From Candidatus Saccharimonadota bacterium (GTDB taxonomy: Bacteria; Patescibacteriota; Gracilibacteria; Absconditabacterales; Absconditicoccaceae): a DNA stretch of 32,000 nt. This document shows, piece after piece, positions 1 through 9,460 of this stretch; within the stretch, counting starts at the first letter, position 1; each line of letters starts with the position of its first letter. A model generated the notes under the pieces. That model was not told where the DNA came from. It saw only the letters and a list, made by a program, of their open reading frames with translations, and did no database searches. The stretch covers positions 900,001 to 932,000 of the forward strand of contig CP006913.1 of assembly GCA_000503875.1 (NCBI GenBank), given 5' to 3'. A program made the translations under genes and the position numbers.

Positions 1-1
1 T

Positions 2-934
2 AGCACCAAATATGGTTGGGCAAAATCGCTCTACACCATTATGATTGGAAACTTTCGAGTACCTGAAAAAGTGTCCGGACTCAACGAAGATAGTATTCAA
101 TACAAGGAACTCACCGACAATGAACGCAGAGCCTACGATGGAATTCTTTCTTTTCTTATTTTTCTCGATAGTATCCAAACCGTCAATCTCCCTAATTTTT
201 CGGATTACATCACAGCTCCAGAAGTCAGTCTTCTTCTAGCAATCCAAACCTATCAAGAAGCTATTCATTCCCAAAGCTATGCAACTATTTTGGAAAGCGT
301 TGTGGAATCATCCAAAAGAGACGACATCTATTATTTCCGAAGAGACAATCCAATTCTTCTAGAAAGAAACCAATACATCGGACAAATCTATCAAAATTTT
401 ATGGACAATCCCAATGATGATAATTTTTTCAAAGGTTTAATCTGAAATTTTTTATTGGAAGGCTTATATTTTTACAATGGATTTGCTTTTTTCGATACCC
501 TTGCTGATCATCAAAAAATGAAAGCTACCGATAGAATGATCAATTATATTCGTAGAGATGAACTTACTCATGTAACCATGTTTACCTATATTATCAAAGA
601 AATTCAAAAAGAATTTCCTCAAATATTTGATAAAAAAGTAGTATACGATATGTTTCAAAATGCGGTAGAACAAGAGATCAAACGATCACAATTCATTTTG
701 GGAAACAACATAATCTGAATCAACCATCAGACTACAGAAATTTATACCAAATGGTTAGCCAACAATAGATTGAGCCTAATTGGCCTCGAGCCCCTTTACC
801 CAGACATCACCGAAAACCCCTACAAGCACCTCGAACGCCTCCAAGACAACAACTCAGAAAAATCTAATTTTTTTGAATCAACAGTAACTAATTATACACA
901 ATCTAGTAGTATGAAAGGAAATCGAGATTTTTAA
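2..934 (+). CDS. Ribonucleotide reductase class I beta (R2, NrdB/NrdF-type) subunit, 5' end cut by the window edge
   Basis: Frame 2 reads through TGA at 443-445 and 716-718 to TAA at 932-934. R2 hallmarks are present: GNF[CGA]VPEKV (the FW.PEE motif), QEAIHSQSY, YIRRDELTHV and NIIG(TGA)IN...YTKWLANNRL. The two track ORFs 41..445 and 455..718 are in the same frame. Confidence 0.9.
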
Positions 935-977
935 AAAACTATTAGCAATCAAAAATAAAAACTATATATTTTCAACC

Positions 978-2171
978 ATGAAACTCCTCAAACAAATCAA
1001 CAAAGCGCTCGCTTACGTGATAATCATTTTTATCAAAATCTACCAATTCACGCTCTCGCCAGATAAGAGCATATTTTTCTTATATCTCAGAGGAAGAGTC
1101 TGTGCGCATCATCCTCACTGCAGCCAATATAGCATCAATGTCCTCAAAAGATATGGATTTTGGCCAGGAATTTTCTATGCTTTTGACAGAGTTTTACATT
1201 GTACACCAAGCATGACCATCAATTACGATCCTGATCACTACAAAATAGTTTTCTTCTCATCAGCTCCTATTGGAGTACCTTTTTTGCAAGAATTAGCAAA
1301 AGACAAAAGATTTGAAGTTGTAGGGGTTGTTACTCAATGCGACAAACCGCAATGAAGAGGTATGGAAACCTGTGAAAATATTATCAAAACTGAAGCCAAA
1401 AAGATATTTCCAAATCAAAACGAAAATTTCATCAATACTCCAACCAAACTTAATCCAGAAAAATCGGAAGAAGGAAAAGAATTTCACAAGCGACTCACGT
1501 CAAAAGAGCCAGATTTCCTAGTTGTGATAGCCTACGGAAAGATCATCCCAGAAAATATTCTTGATATAGCTAAGATAGCCCCTATCAATGTCCATGGATC
1601 AATTCTCCCAAAATATCGCTGAGCATCTCCTATTCAGTCTGTTTTCCTCAATAGAGAGAAATCATCAGGGATAACTATCATGAAAATGGATAAAGGAATG
1701 GATACTGGAGATATGATCGACATCAAACAAACCAAACTCCACTTTGATCGAACTTGCAAAGATCTTATCGAACGAATGAAGTCAGAATGACCAGCATTCC
1801 TAAATGACACCGTTCGAAAATTCGGTAAAAAAGTCCTTGGACACAAAAAACAAGACGATGATAAAGCTACTTATTGTTCCAAAATAGAAAAAGAAAGCTG
1901 ATTAATCGACCCTTACAAGGATTCATTGGAAGAAATTTATAACAAATATCGCGCCTTCTTTCTTCGACCAAAAATTTATTTTATACATAATGGGAAAAGA
2001 GTTATTATCGAAGAATTACAACGAAATGAAGCAAGTTATAACGAAGAAAAACACACGCCATTACTCAATATTCAACACGCAACACCCAGGACAGTGAAAA
2101 CACTGAAAGTGAAACCAGAAGGAAAAAAGCCAATGGATCGAGATTCATTCAAAAATGGATATTTAAAATAA
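978..2171 (+). CDS. fmt: YidD (membrane protein insertion efficiency factor) fused in frame to methionyl-tRNA formyltransferase
   Basis: A single frame-0 ORF runs from ATG 978 to TAA 2169-2171 with four in-frame TGA. The first ~85 aa match YidD (IYQFTLSP, CAHHPHCSQYS, GFWPGIFYAFDRVLHCTP..NYDP). Fmt follows only 3 residues later (KIVFFSSAPIGVPFL, VVTQCDKPQ-G(TGA)-RG, NVHGSILPKYR-G(TGA)-ASPIQ, RAFFL[CGA]P). There is no stop or ATG/GTG/TTG at the junction. Confidence 0.85.
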
Positions 2172-2218
2172 CTACGAGCAATAAAAAGAACAAACAAAGA
2201 AACTCGACTAATAAAAAG

Positions 2219-2347
2219 GTGAGCGTTTACATTTTTAGGTGAAGAAAATACATGGAGTCGAATTTGTTTGTGTTTTCTACCGTTAAGAAAATGTAACAGC
2301 TCACGAGGGGTTTTTGGTTACTTTTTGACCTGGGAGCAAAAAGTAAC
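2219..2347. ncRNA. Structured intergenic element of unknown class, made of a long irregular hairpin plus a perfect 11-bp hairpin
   Basis: 2219-2233 (gtgagcgtttacatt) pairs with 2290-2304 (aatgtaacagctcac) at 13 of 15 positions. The helix continues inward (2238-2240 with 2279-2281, 2243-2248 with 2273-2278, and further). A second hairpin pairs 2317-2327 (gttactttttg) with 2337-2347 (caaaaagtaac) around a 9-nt loop. The strand is undetermined. Confidence 0.25.
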
Positions 2348-2480
2348 ATAGAAAATATCCCAGCAGAGTAATCAAAATAAATTTTATTTATTTTTTATTG
2401 TGAGAAAACTAGATAACTTTATGAAATAGATAACAAAATACTATTTTGTCAAATAAAAGGCGATTTTCATGTCGCTTTTT

Positions 2481-2508
2481 TTGCTTTTTAAAAATTTCTA
2501 GATATAAT
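2481..2508 (+). promoter_or_regulatory. Sigma-70-like promoter upstream of the 2549 gene
   Basis: TTGCTT (2481-2486), a 16-nt spacer, then TATAAT (2503-2508), about 40 nt upstream of ATG 2549. Confidence 0.35.
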
Positions 2509-2548
2509 AAATCTGTTAGTCCTTTAGTACCCAATAACACGCCAATAT

Positions 2549-4027
2549 ATGGAAGAAAACAAGAATCAAACAACTCCACAACAACCAGCCAAAGCCGAAG
2601 AAAATACAATCGACTTTAGCAAATTTTCACTTTGATCAGAAAATACACAGATACCAAATGCAGACGCAAATGTTTTTCAACAAACACCTGAAAACAATGG
2701 AAAACAAGAATCAAAGACACAAATCACAGAACAAACAGAGACAAAAAACCTTATTGCTGAACTCAATCTAATACAACAAGATACAGCACCTGACGTAGAT
2801 ATATCAAATATTATTATTGAAGAAAGTAAGCCAGAAAATAAAGAAGCTCCTATTTTGGGTTCAAGTGGAATTGGAAAACAAGCCATAACACAAAAATCAA
2901 ATACAAAGATAGAACAAGTAATGTCTGCTTATATAGTGATAACTATCTCTATTATAGCTATTTTCTTTATCAGTTTATACAATAAATACATTTCATTATC
3001 TGTAGATACAACACAAGCAACAAGCCAAACATTTGTGGAAAAAGTACAAATAGTTACCAAAGTAATCAGCGAACAAACAAACATCAACGAATATGCCAAA
3101 CGAGCAGAAAAAACAGATGTTTTAACCAGTGATGATGCTAAAAACACAACAAAAAGCGTAATTCAAAGCCAAAAATTAAATTACTTACATAAGAAAGATA
3201 TTTTAGAAAAGAATATGACAGTATTAAATGAAAAAACTATACAAAACGCTCAATCATTAGATAACATCAAGAAAGAAATTATAAAATATGGATTTATTCC
3301 CCAACAATTATATAATATTATAGAAACACAACAAGGAACTAGTGGAATCAAAAAGAGAATTGCATTAATGGAAAATATTAGATTTTTGACAGCATTCAAA
3401 GCATTTTCTTATATGGAAAGTTTTATCCAATGATTAGCTAATAATTTGGGGAAAGATCCTCTTATTGTTGAAAGTAAACTCAAAAAAACAGTTGTAGATT
3501 GAGAAAAAGACATCGTAGTATATACCAATACATGTTTTCTAAATCCATATGAGATAACAACTAATTGTAGTATGATAGAAGATTTCGATAATTATTATAA
3601 AATAATAGATACCCAAAGAACAGTTGATACAGAATTTATAAAGCAATTAGCAACATACGTAGACAACAAGCTTCAAGAAACAGATGTTCCAACATTTAGT
3701 ATCAACTTTATAAAGTTCAATCCAAAAGAAGAAACTCTAGATTTTACTATAGATTTAAACACTCACTCTCAAGATGAAATAGCACTAAACAAACAAGGAA
3801 TATTAAATCCTCACGTATTTATTGTAACAAATTTAATTAATTTATTAAAGCAAAGTTTGCTCGTTATTGGAGAAGATATTAAAGCAGATCAAATAAAAAC
3901 TAATCCAAAAACAATTAGAGTGGGCTCTACCGTTTTTACGGTTAATAATTCATCAATTAAGATGAGTTTACCTATACAAAAAAGTAGTCAAAGAGAAATT
4001 AGTGACTTTTTTAGTAGCAAATACTAA
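2549..4027 (+). CDS. Hypothetical single-pass membrane protein (~492 aa) with an acidic low-complexity N-terminus
   Basis: Frame 2 is open from ATG 2549 (TAG lies upstream at 2525-2527) through three in-frame TGA to TAA at 4025-4027. One hydrophobic helix is present (SAYIVITISIIAIFFISLY). Track pieces 2855..3433 and 3572..4027 share the frame. I recognise no family. Confidence 0.7.
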
Positions 4028-4032
4028 TATTC

Positions 4033-5529
4033 ATGGAAAACATCAAGCAGGAAAAGGCTATTATGAAACCAATAATAGATCCAGAACAAATCAAAAAGGC
4101 AAAAGAAATGGCTATATATGCACGAAATATTGCAAAAAATTTTTTTCATAGCAAAAAAAACGATAAAAAAACAATAATTTTTATTGCTGGAGTTTTGTCT
4201 TTAATAGCTATATATCTTGGAATATCTCTTTATATAAAAATTTCAGCATTAAATAAAGATCCATACTCTCTAGAAAAAATAAACCAATATGACATCACTA
4301 ATCTAAAAACAAATACGTTAACAAGAAATAGTATTGCGTCCGCAACGACAATATATGATCTGATTCAAAATAATGAAGACATTCAAGACGAAACTCAAAG
4401 ATATAACAAATACAAAGAAAATTTGCTCTATCCTTATACATATTTTTTACAATATCTCTTATTACCAAAACTCAATATTCGAAAAGAACCATATACTGAT
4501 ATTCTAAAAACAGATATTTTAGGAAGAAGTTTTTTGGAAGAAAATCCATATAATGATATAAATCTTCTCCAAAGACGAACTGATTTTTTTAGTTCGACAG
4601 ATCAAAACGAAATAAATCAAATTAAAGACATAAAAATCAATGATATTCAAGAATATGAAAATGGTATTTTCGGTATAAAAATCGATTTCTCTTTTGTATC
4701 ACCATCAAAAAATGCTCTTTTGTTTTTAACAGACAAAATTACGACAACATCTGATGAAGAAAATATCAGTTTATTAGGTGAATTTTTCTATTATCTTCGA
4801 CAACAAATAAAAATAGATAGGAAAGATTTTTTGGACGAACAAATTAAAAACGGATTATTTTCATGAGAAAATAACATCAATAAAACGCTTTGATATCATT
4901 TTTACAATCGAATTATCAACGATGAAGATAGCGATTTAGTTGACGACACGACTATAAATAGAACTATTTTTACCATGATGGGTTGTTCTCCAGAAACCGA
5001 AAGCCAATGTTTTTATAGATTTAGAGAAAAATATAGAAATATTGCAGGACTAGCATATACTGTAGGAATGAAAGATAATACAAACAAAACAGAAGATCTC
5101 AAAGATTTTTTAAAAAATATGCCACCTATTATTGCTGTGCAAGAATTCATGTATACAAAAGTTCAAGAATCTTCTATAATCAAACAAAATACTTCCAAAT
5201 TTGAATGAAAAATATCATTGGAAATTTATGGACAAAGTATTTCTCCAGAAGAAAGAGATGAAATTGCGGTAGATTTATGAAAAAAATGTTTTGCAGACAA
5301 TAAAATTCTTTCCCCTGAAGAAGTACTAAATACAATCAATGAAACTATCAGAAAAAAGTCAGATCTCATAGAAGAGAATCAAAGCAAAGCAAATAGTATT
5401 CGAGATCTCAAAACAATTATAGAAAATATTGGTACCAATTACGAATGACTAAGTAATTACAGAAAAACTATTAAATTATTTGAGATGTATAGAATGCTCA
5501 ATGAAAACTGATTATGTAAAACTATTTAG
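4033..5529 (+). CDS. Hypothetical single-pass membrane protein (~498 aa)
   Basis: Frame 1 is open from ATG 4033 through six in-frame TGA to TAG at 5527-5529, checked codon by codon. A TM helix is present (IIFIAGVLSLIAIYLGISLYI). It starts 5 nt after the previous gene. I recognise no family. Confidence 0.7.
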
Positions 5530-5530
5530 A

Positions 5531-5554
5531 AAAAAATCCCTCCGGGGATTTTTT
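5531..5554. terminator. Bidirectional intrinsic terminator between convergent genes
   Basis: aaaaaatccc tccg gggatttttt forms a GC-cored stem flanked by an A-run and a T-run. It lies between the stop at 5527-5529 (+) and the yebC stop at 5553-5555 (-). Confidence 0.6.
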
Positions 5555-6302
5555 ATTTAACATTAGTCCAAACTTTATCTACATCTTCATCATTTTCCAA
5601 AGCGTCAACAAGCGTATGTAATTGATCTAAATCTTCACCAGATAACGAAATTTCATTTTGTGGCAAAAATTGTAAATCTGATTCTACAATATGATATCCC
5701 AAAGTATCCATTGCTCTGGAAACTTCTGTAAAGTTAACTTTCTGAGCAAAAATAACAGCAACTCCTTCTTCAATAGAAATATCATCAACAGGAAGTTCCA
5801 ATACTTCCATTTCTACTTCATCTTGATTGAGCGGCAAAACTGTTTCCACCTCATTTCCCTTAATTATTTCTTTTTTAATTTTTCCATCAGTTACAATAAC
5901 TCATTTTTCATCAAATTGCCAAGCAACAGATCATTGTTGCCCCAAAGAACCACCAAACTTATTTAAGGTTGTTTTTACATTGGTAGCAGTTCTATTACTA
6001 TTAGACGTCAATGTTTTGATCACTAATGCGCTTCCAGCGGGACCATATCATTCGTAAAAAATCTCTTGTAGATCCTCTCCTTCCAATTGGCCAGACCCTT
6101 TTAAAATAGCTCTTTCTACAATATCTCTAGGTACACTATGGTATCTTGCTTTTTGTAAAACTAAATCCAAACTGGGATTCATTTTCGGATCTGCTCATTT
6201 TTTTGCGGCTATTTGAATAAGTTTGGAAATCATTGCATATGCTTTTGATTTTCAAGCGTCTCAAGCTGCTTTTTTTGCAGCAATACTATGTCGTCTTCCC
6301 AT
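5553..6302 (-). CDS. yebC: YebC/PmpR-family DNA-binding transcriptional regulator
   Basis: The minus-strand frame is open from ATG (6302-6300) to TAA (5555-5553), 249 aa. Motifs: MGR[CGA]HSIAAKKAAGDA, YE-G(TGA)-YGPAG, TSNSNRT, C-terminal DEDVDKVWTNV. Confidence 0.9.
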
Positions 6303-6328
6303 AAGAATAAAAAATAAATAAAATATTT

Positions 6329-6787
6329 TTAGTTAATATAATTCAATTCAACACCAATTTCCTTAAAAATTTCTTCTGATTCACTACTAGCTTCATTTTT
6401 TTCTTCACAAACAACTTTCTTTATTCCAGAACTAACAATAAGCATTGCGCAAGTTCTACAAGGAGTTACTTTACAATACAAAGTTCATCATTCAACAGAA
6501 ACACCGAGTCTCGCTGCCTGACAAATTGCATTTTGTTCTGCATGAACAGTTCTCATACAATGATTGGTTACATTACCATTTTCATGAGTAACTTGCTTAA
6601 AATGATGTCAAACTTGATCACAATGAGGCATTCATGATGGAGAACCAACATATCATGTTACCAACAAACGATTGTTTTTTGCTATTACACAACCACTTCT
6701 ATCTCTATCACAAGTTGCTCTCTTAGCGATAGATCTTGTGACCTCCATAAAATATTCATCCCACGTTGGTCTGACATATAAAGACAT
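6329..6787 (-). CDS. dCMP (deoxycytidylate) deaminase, ComEB-like
   Basis: 152 aa. N-terminus RPTWDEYFMEV, zinc-ligand motifs VHAEQNAI and TPCRTCAMLI. In-frame TGA occurs at Gly-compatible sites. It lies 26 nt upstream of yebC on the same strand. Confidence 0.9.
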
Positions 6788-6960
6788 GACAAAAAATAGG
6801 AAATAAATTGGCAAGAATATATCCTTTTAAACAGCAAAATCAATAAATAATCTTGCACTTTTACCTTATTTAACTAAATATAACCTGCTACTCTCAATCA
6901 TTACTAGTGGCAACGAAACAATCCAAACTATTAGACTTTTTAACTATTGATCTCTATATT

Positions 6961-7854
6961 ATGATTCTCCGATGAAAAGAACTCTCAGTTAAAATGCAAG
7001 AAAACCTAAAATTAAAAGCAAAAACTTTGTCAGATAATTCTTACATGGCAATTCTTTTTTTTGGAAATGATTTTTCTTCAGGAACATACGTTCGTCACAA
7101 GCAAAAATATGGTGAATCAATATGAGTTCCCGTTAAAATTTTTACTGAAGAATGATTTTCTCCGCTCGTACAAGAAAAAGAAAGTTTTGCAAATCGAGTT
7201 TTCAACCTAATACATCAACTCAATCACGATTCATTTTGTATAGGAATTATTATCCAACTACCACTTCCTGAAGAACTTAAATGACACCAAAACGAGCTTC
7301 TTTCCACAATTTCACCCGAAAAAGATATCGACGGACTTTGATGAGTAAATACTGGACTCTCTTCAACAGGACTTATTGATTTTATCCCGGCAACACCAAA
7401 AGCAGTTATCACCCTATTGGAAGAATATAAACTCGATAATCTCAAAGGCAAAAAAGTAGCCATTATTGGACAAAGCAACATAGTTGGAAAGCCACTTATT
7501 ATGGAATGTATCAAAAGATGAGCAATCGTTTCTTCTTTTAATATCGACTATACTCCAGAAGAAATCAAACAATTTACACAAAAATCTGACTATATTATTG
7601 CTTGTACTGGACAAGTACATTTGGTTGACGATTCACGAATTCGCCACGATCAAAGCCAAATAATTATAGATGTAGGATATGGACACATTGACGGCAAACC
7701 CGTCGGAGATGTAAACATTGAGAGTATCGCGGACAAAGTTTTCGCCTATACCCCAGTTCCCGGATGAATAGGTCCGCTTACCGTAGCCTGCCTTTTCGAC
7801 AACATTTTCACCTTACAATGATACAAAAAGATATTGGAAAAATATAGAGGATAA
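6961..7854 (+). CDS. folD: Bifunctional methylenetetrahydrofolate dehydrogenase/cyclohydrolase
   Basis: Frame 1 runs from ATG 6961 to TAA 7852-7854. Motifs: YVRHKQKYG, GIIIQLPLP, EKDIDG, IIGQSNIVGKP, IIIDVG, TPVPG-G(TGA)-IGPLTVA. Confidence 0.92.
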
Positions 7855-7886
7855 AATTACAATGTTTTATTTATTAAAAAATAATC

Positions 7887-8255
7887 ATGGAAATTTCTAT
7901 TTTCTTGGCAAAATTTTGGGGAAGTTTGTTTATGATCCTTGGTGTATTGTCTATTTTAGCAAAATTTTTGAGTAGAGTTATAGAGTATACAGAAGACAAA
8001 ACCATTACGATATCTACCGGTTACATTACTTTTTTGTTGGGTTTAGCAACCGTTGTTGCACACAATGTTTGGGTAGCTGACTGGCCAGTCGCTGTCACAA
8101 TTTTGGGATGGATTACCTTATTCAAAGGTATTGAAAAAATTGGATTCCCCGATCGCGTTAATAAAAAAGCACAAATGTTCAAAAATCAGCCAGTAATTTG
8201 GGGTAGTGTTATATTTTTAATAGGGGTTTGATTTTTTTGGATTAGTCTAAGATAA
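7887..8255 (+). CDS. Small integral membrane protein (~122 aa, 3-4 hydrophobic helices)
   Basis: Track ORF 7887..8231 continues through one TGA to TAA at 8253-8255. The sequence is strongly hydrophobic. I recognise no family. Confidence 0.6.
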
Positions 8256-8352
8256 GAATCGACATAAGATTAGTCACGAACGTTATAATTTTTCATAAAA
8301 AATACTAGATCCACAAACATAAAAAATTTAGTTATAGTATTAAAAATGTATG

Positions 8353-8955
8353 CTAAATAAAATCCTTAGCTATTGGCATATCATAGATTTTGTTATTCAT
8401 TGCCCATTTATTTAGGTAAGTTATTATTGCATTTGCATGCTCTTTTATTACCTTTCATTCTGGGATTTTATTTAATATTTTATCATTTATAATCGGTACA
8501 GATTTTCAATAACCAGCTTCATACTCATCTCATAAATCTTCATCGTCATCAAAAACATTTTCAATACCAACAACAATACTTGGTCAATTTTCTGGGAATT
8601 TTTGATCATATTCAAATTTTACTCAAGAAATTTTAGTTGAATCATCATTATTAGTCATTTGTTCTAATGCCATTTTTTTTGCTCTATTTATATAGTCCAA
8701 TATATAAAAAGTATCATGACTTGTTAAAATAAAACCATTTTCTCACAAACGAGAAAATAATTTACCATCAAGAAATTCTGTAAGTCAAAAGTCTGTAGTT
8801 TTTGTTTCTTGTTCATAACTTTTCATTACTCGAGATCAGTCAGATAGTTTTTCCATAAATCATCAAATTCTATCTAAAGTTTCTTGTTGTTCCTTAGAAA
8901 TATTTTTTCAACCTATTTTTTCTCTTCACAAAAGTTTTCCTAAAAATTTTTTCAT
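8353..8955 (-). CDS. Hypothetical cytoplasmic protein (~200 aa)
   Basis: The minus frame is open from ATG (8955-8953) to TAG (8355-8353) with 11 in-frame TGA. A consensus promoter lies directly upstream. The standard-code track shows nothing here because it is so fragmented. Confidence 0.6.
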
Positions 8956-8987
8956 ATTTACATAGTAAAAAATTAAAACGCAATCAT

Positions 8988-9015
8988 ATTATATCTTTTT
9001 TTACTATTTTGTCAA
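8988..9015 (-). promoter_or_regulatory. Consensus sigma-70 promoter for the 8353..8955 gene
   Basis: On the minus strand: TTGACA (9015-9010), a 16-nt spacer, TATAAT (8993-8988), about 33 nt upstream of the ATG at 8955. Confidence 0.5.
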
Positions 9016-9214
9016 ATAATCTCTACACTTAATTTAATTTATTTTAATTAAACAAAATTTCCTCCAAGTAATTGGATAATCGATAAGCACAGACAATAGA
9101 TATTATTTAAATATATTTCATAAGTCATGACTAGTCACAAATATTATATCCAAAAGTCTCTTGAAAAACACTTTAAGAAGAATAGAAAAGGCCCTGTAAT
9201 AAAAAACAAAAACT

Positions 9215-9361
9215 ATGATAATAGATATTATTACTTCTGATCCTGGAGCACTCTGCGGATTCTTATTCGTAGTAACGATTATCGTTATTTCTGTTGTAGA
9301 TCCTCAATTCAAAAGCAGGACAATCAAAAAACGAAGAGAAAAATCTCAACAAGCCACATAA
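9215..9361 (+). CDS. Possible 48-aa single-TM peptide
   Basis: ATG 9215 to TAA 9359-9361: MIIDIITSDPGALCGFLFVVTIIVISVVDPQFKSRTIKKRREKSQQAT. A hydrophobic core is followed by a basic tail, and a terminator-like hairpin overlaps the stop. It is short, so this call is speculative. Confidence 0.3.
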   Translation: MIIDIITSDPGALCGFLFVVTIIVISVVDPQFKSRTIKKRREKSQQAT

Positions 9362-9376
9362 GTGACTTGTTTTTTT
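9350..9376 (+). terminator. Intrinsic terminator-like hairpin with a T7 tract
   Basis: caagccac (9350-9357) pairs with gtgacttg (9362-9369) at 7 of 8 positions around a 4-nt loop. ttttttt follows at 9370-9376. Confidence 0.45.
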
Positions 9377-9460
9377 AATAAATAATTGCTATTTTCCTTG
9401 ATTTTCCTCCGAAAAACAACACAATTCTTTAAGAGAAATTTTTAGTAATTCAACTGATTC

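Noticed and set aside
2219-2304. Possible SRP (4.5S) RNA, tRNA or tmRNA fragment, suggested by a GUUUAC...AGGU resemblance to SRP RNA and a GGAGTCGAAT resemblance to a T-arm.
   Set aside because: I could not fold a GNRA-capped helix 8 with the conserved AGCA/GGAA loops, nor a cloverleaf. The similarity is too short. It is kept only as an unclassified structured element.
8353-8955. The idea that this gene came from a table-4 organism, because its TGA codons often sit next to aromatic or hydrophobic residues and so look Trp-like.
   Set aside because: Reading them as Trp would give ~6% Trp, which is implausible. As Gly the composition is normal (~9%). There is no independent sign of foreign origin.
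9123-9132. Perfect 10-nt palindrome AGTCATGACT, and recurring TAGTCAC-like words (8271, 9132, 31828), as a possible operator motif.
   Set aside because: They are too short and too few to distinguish from chance without genome-wide counts, and their spacing to start codons is inconsistent.
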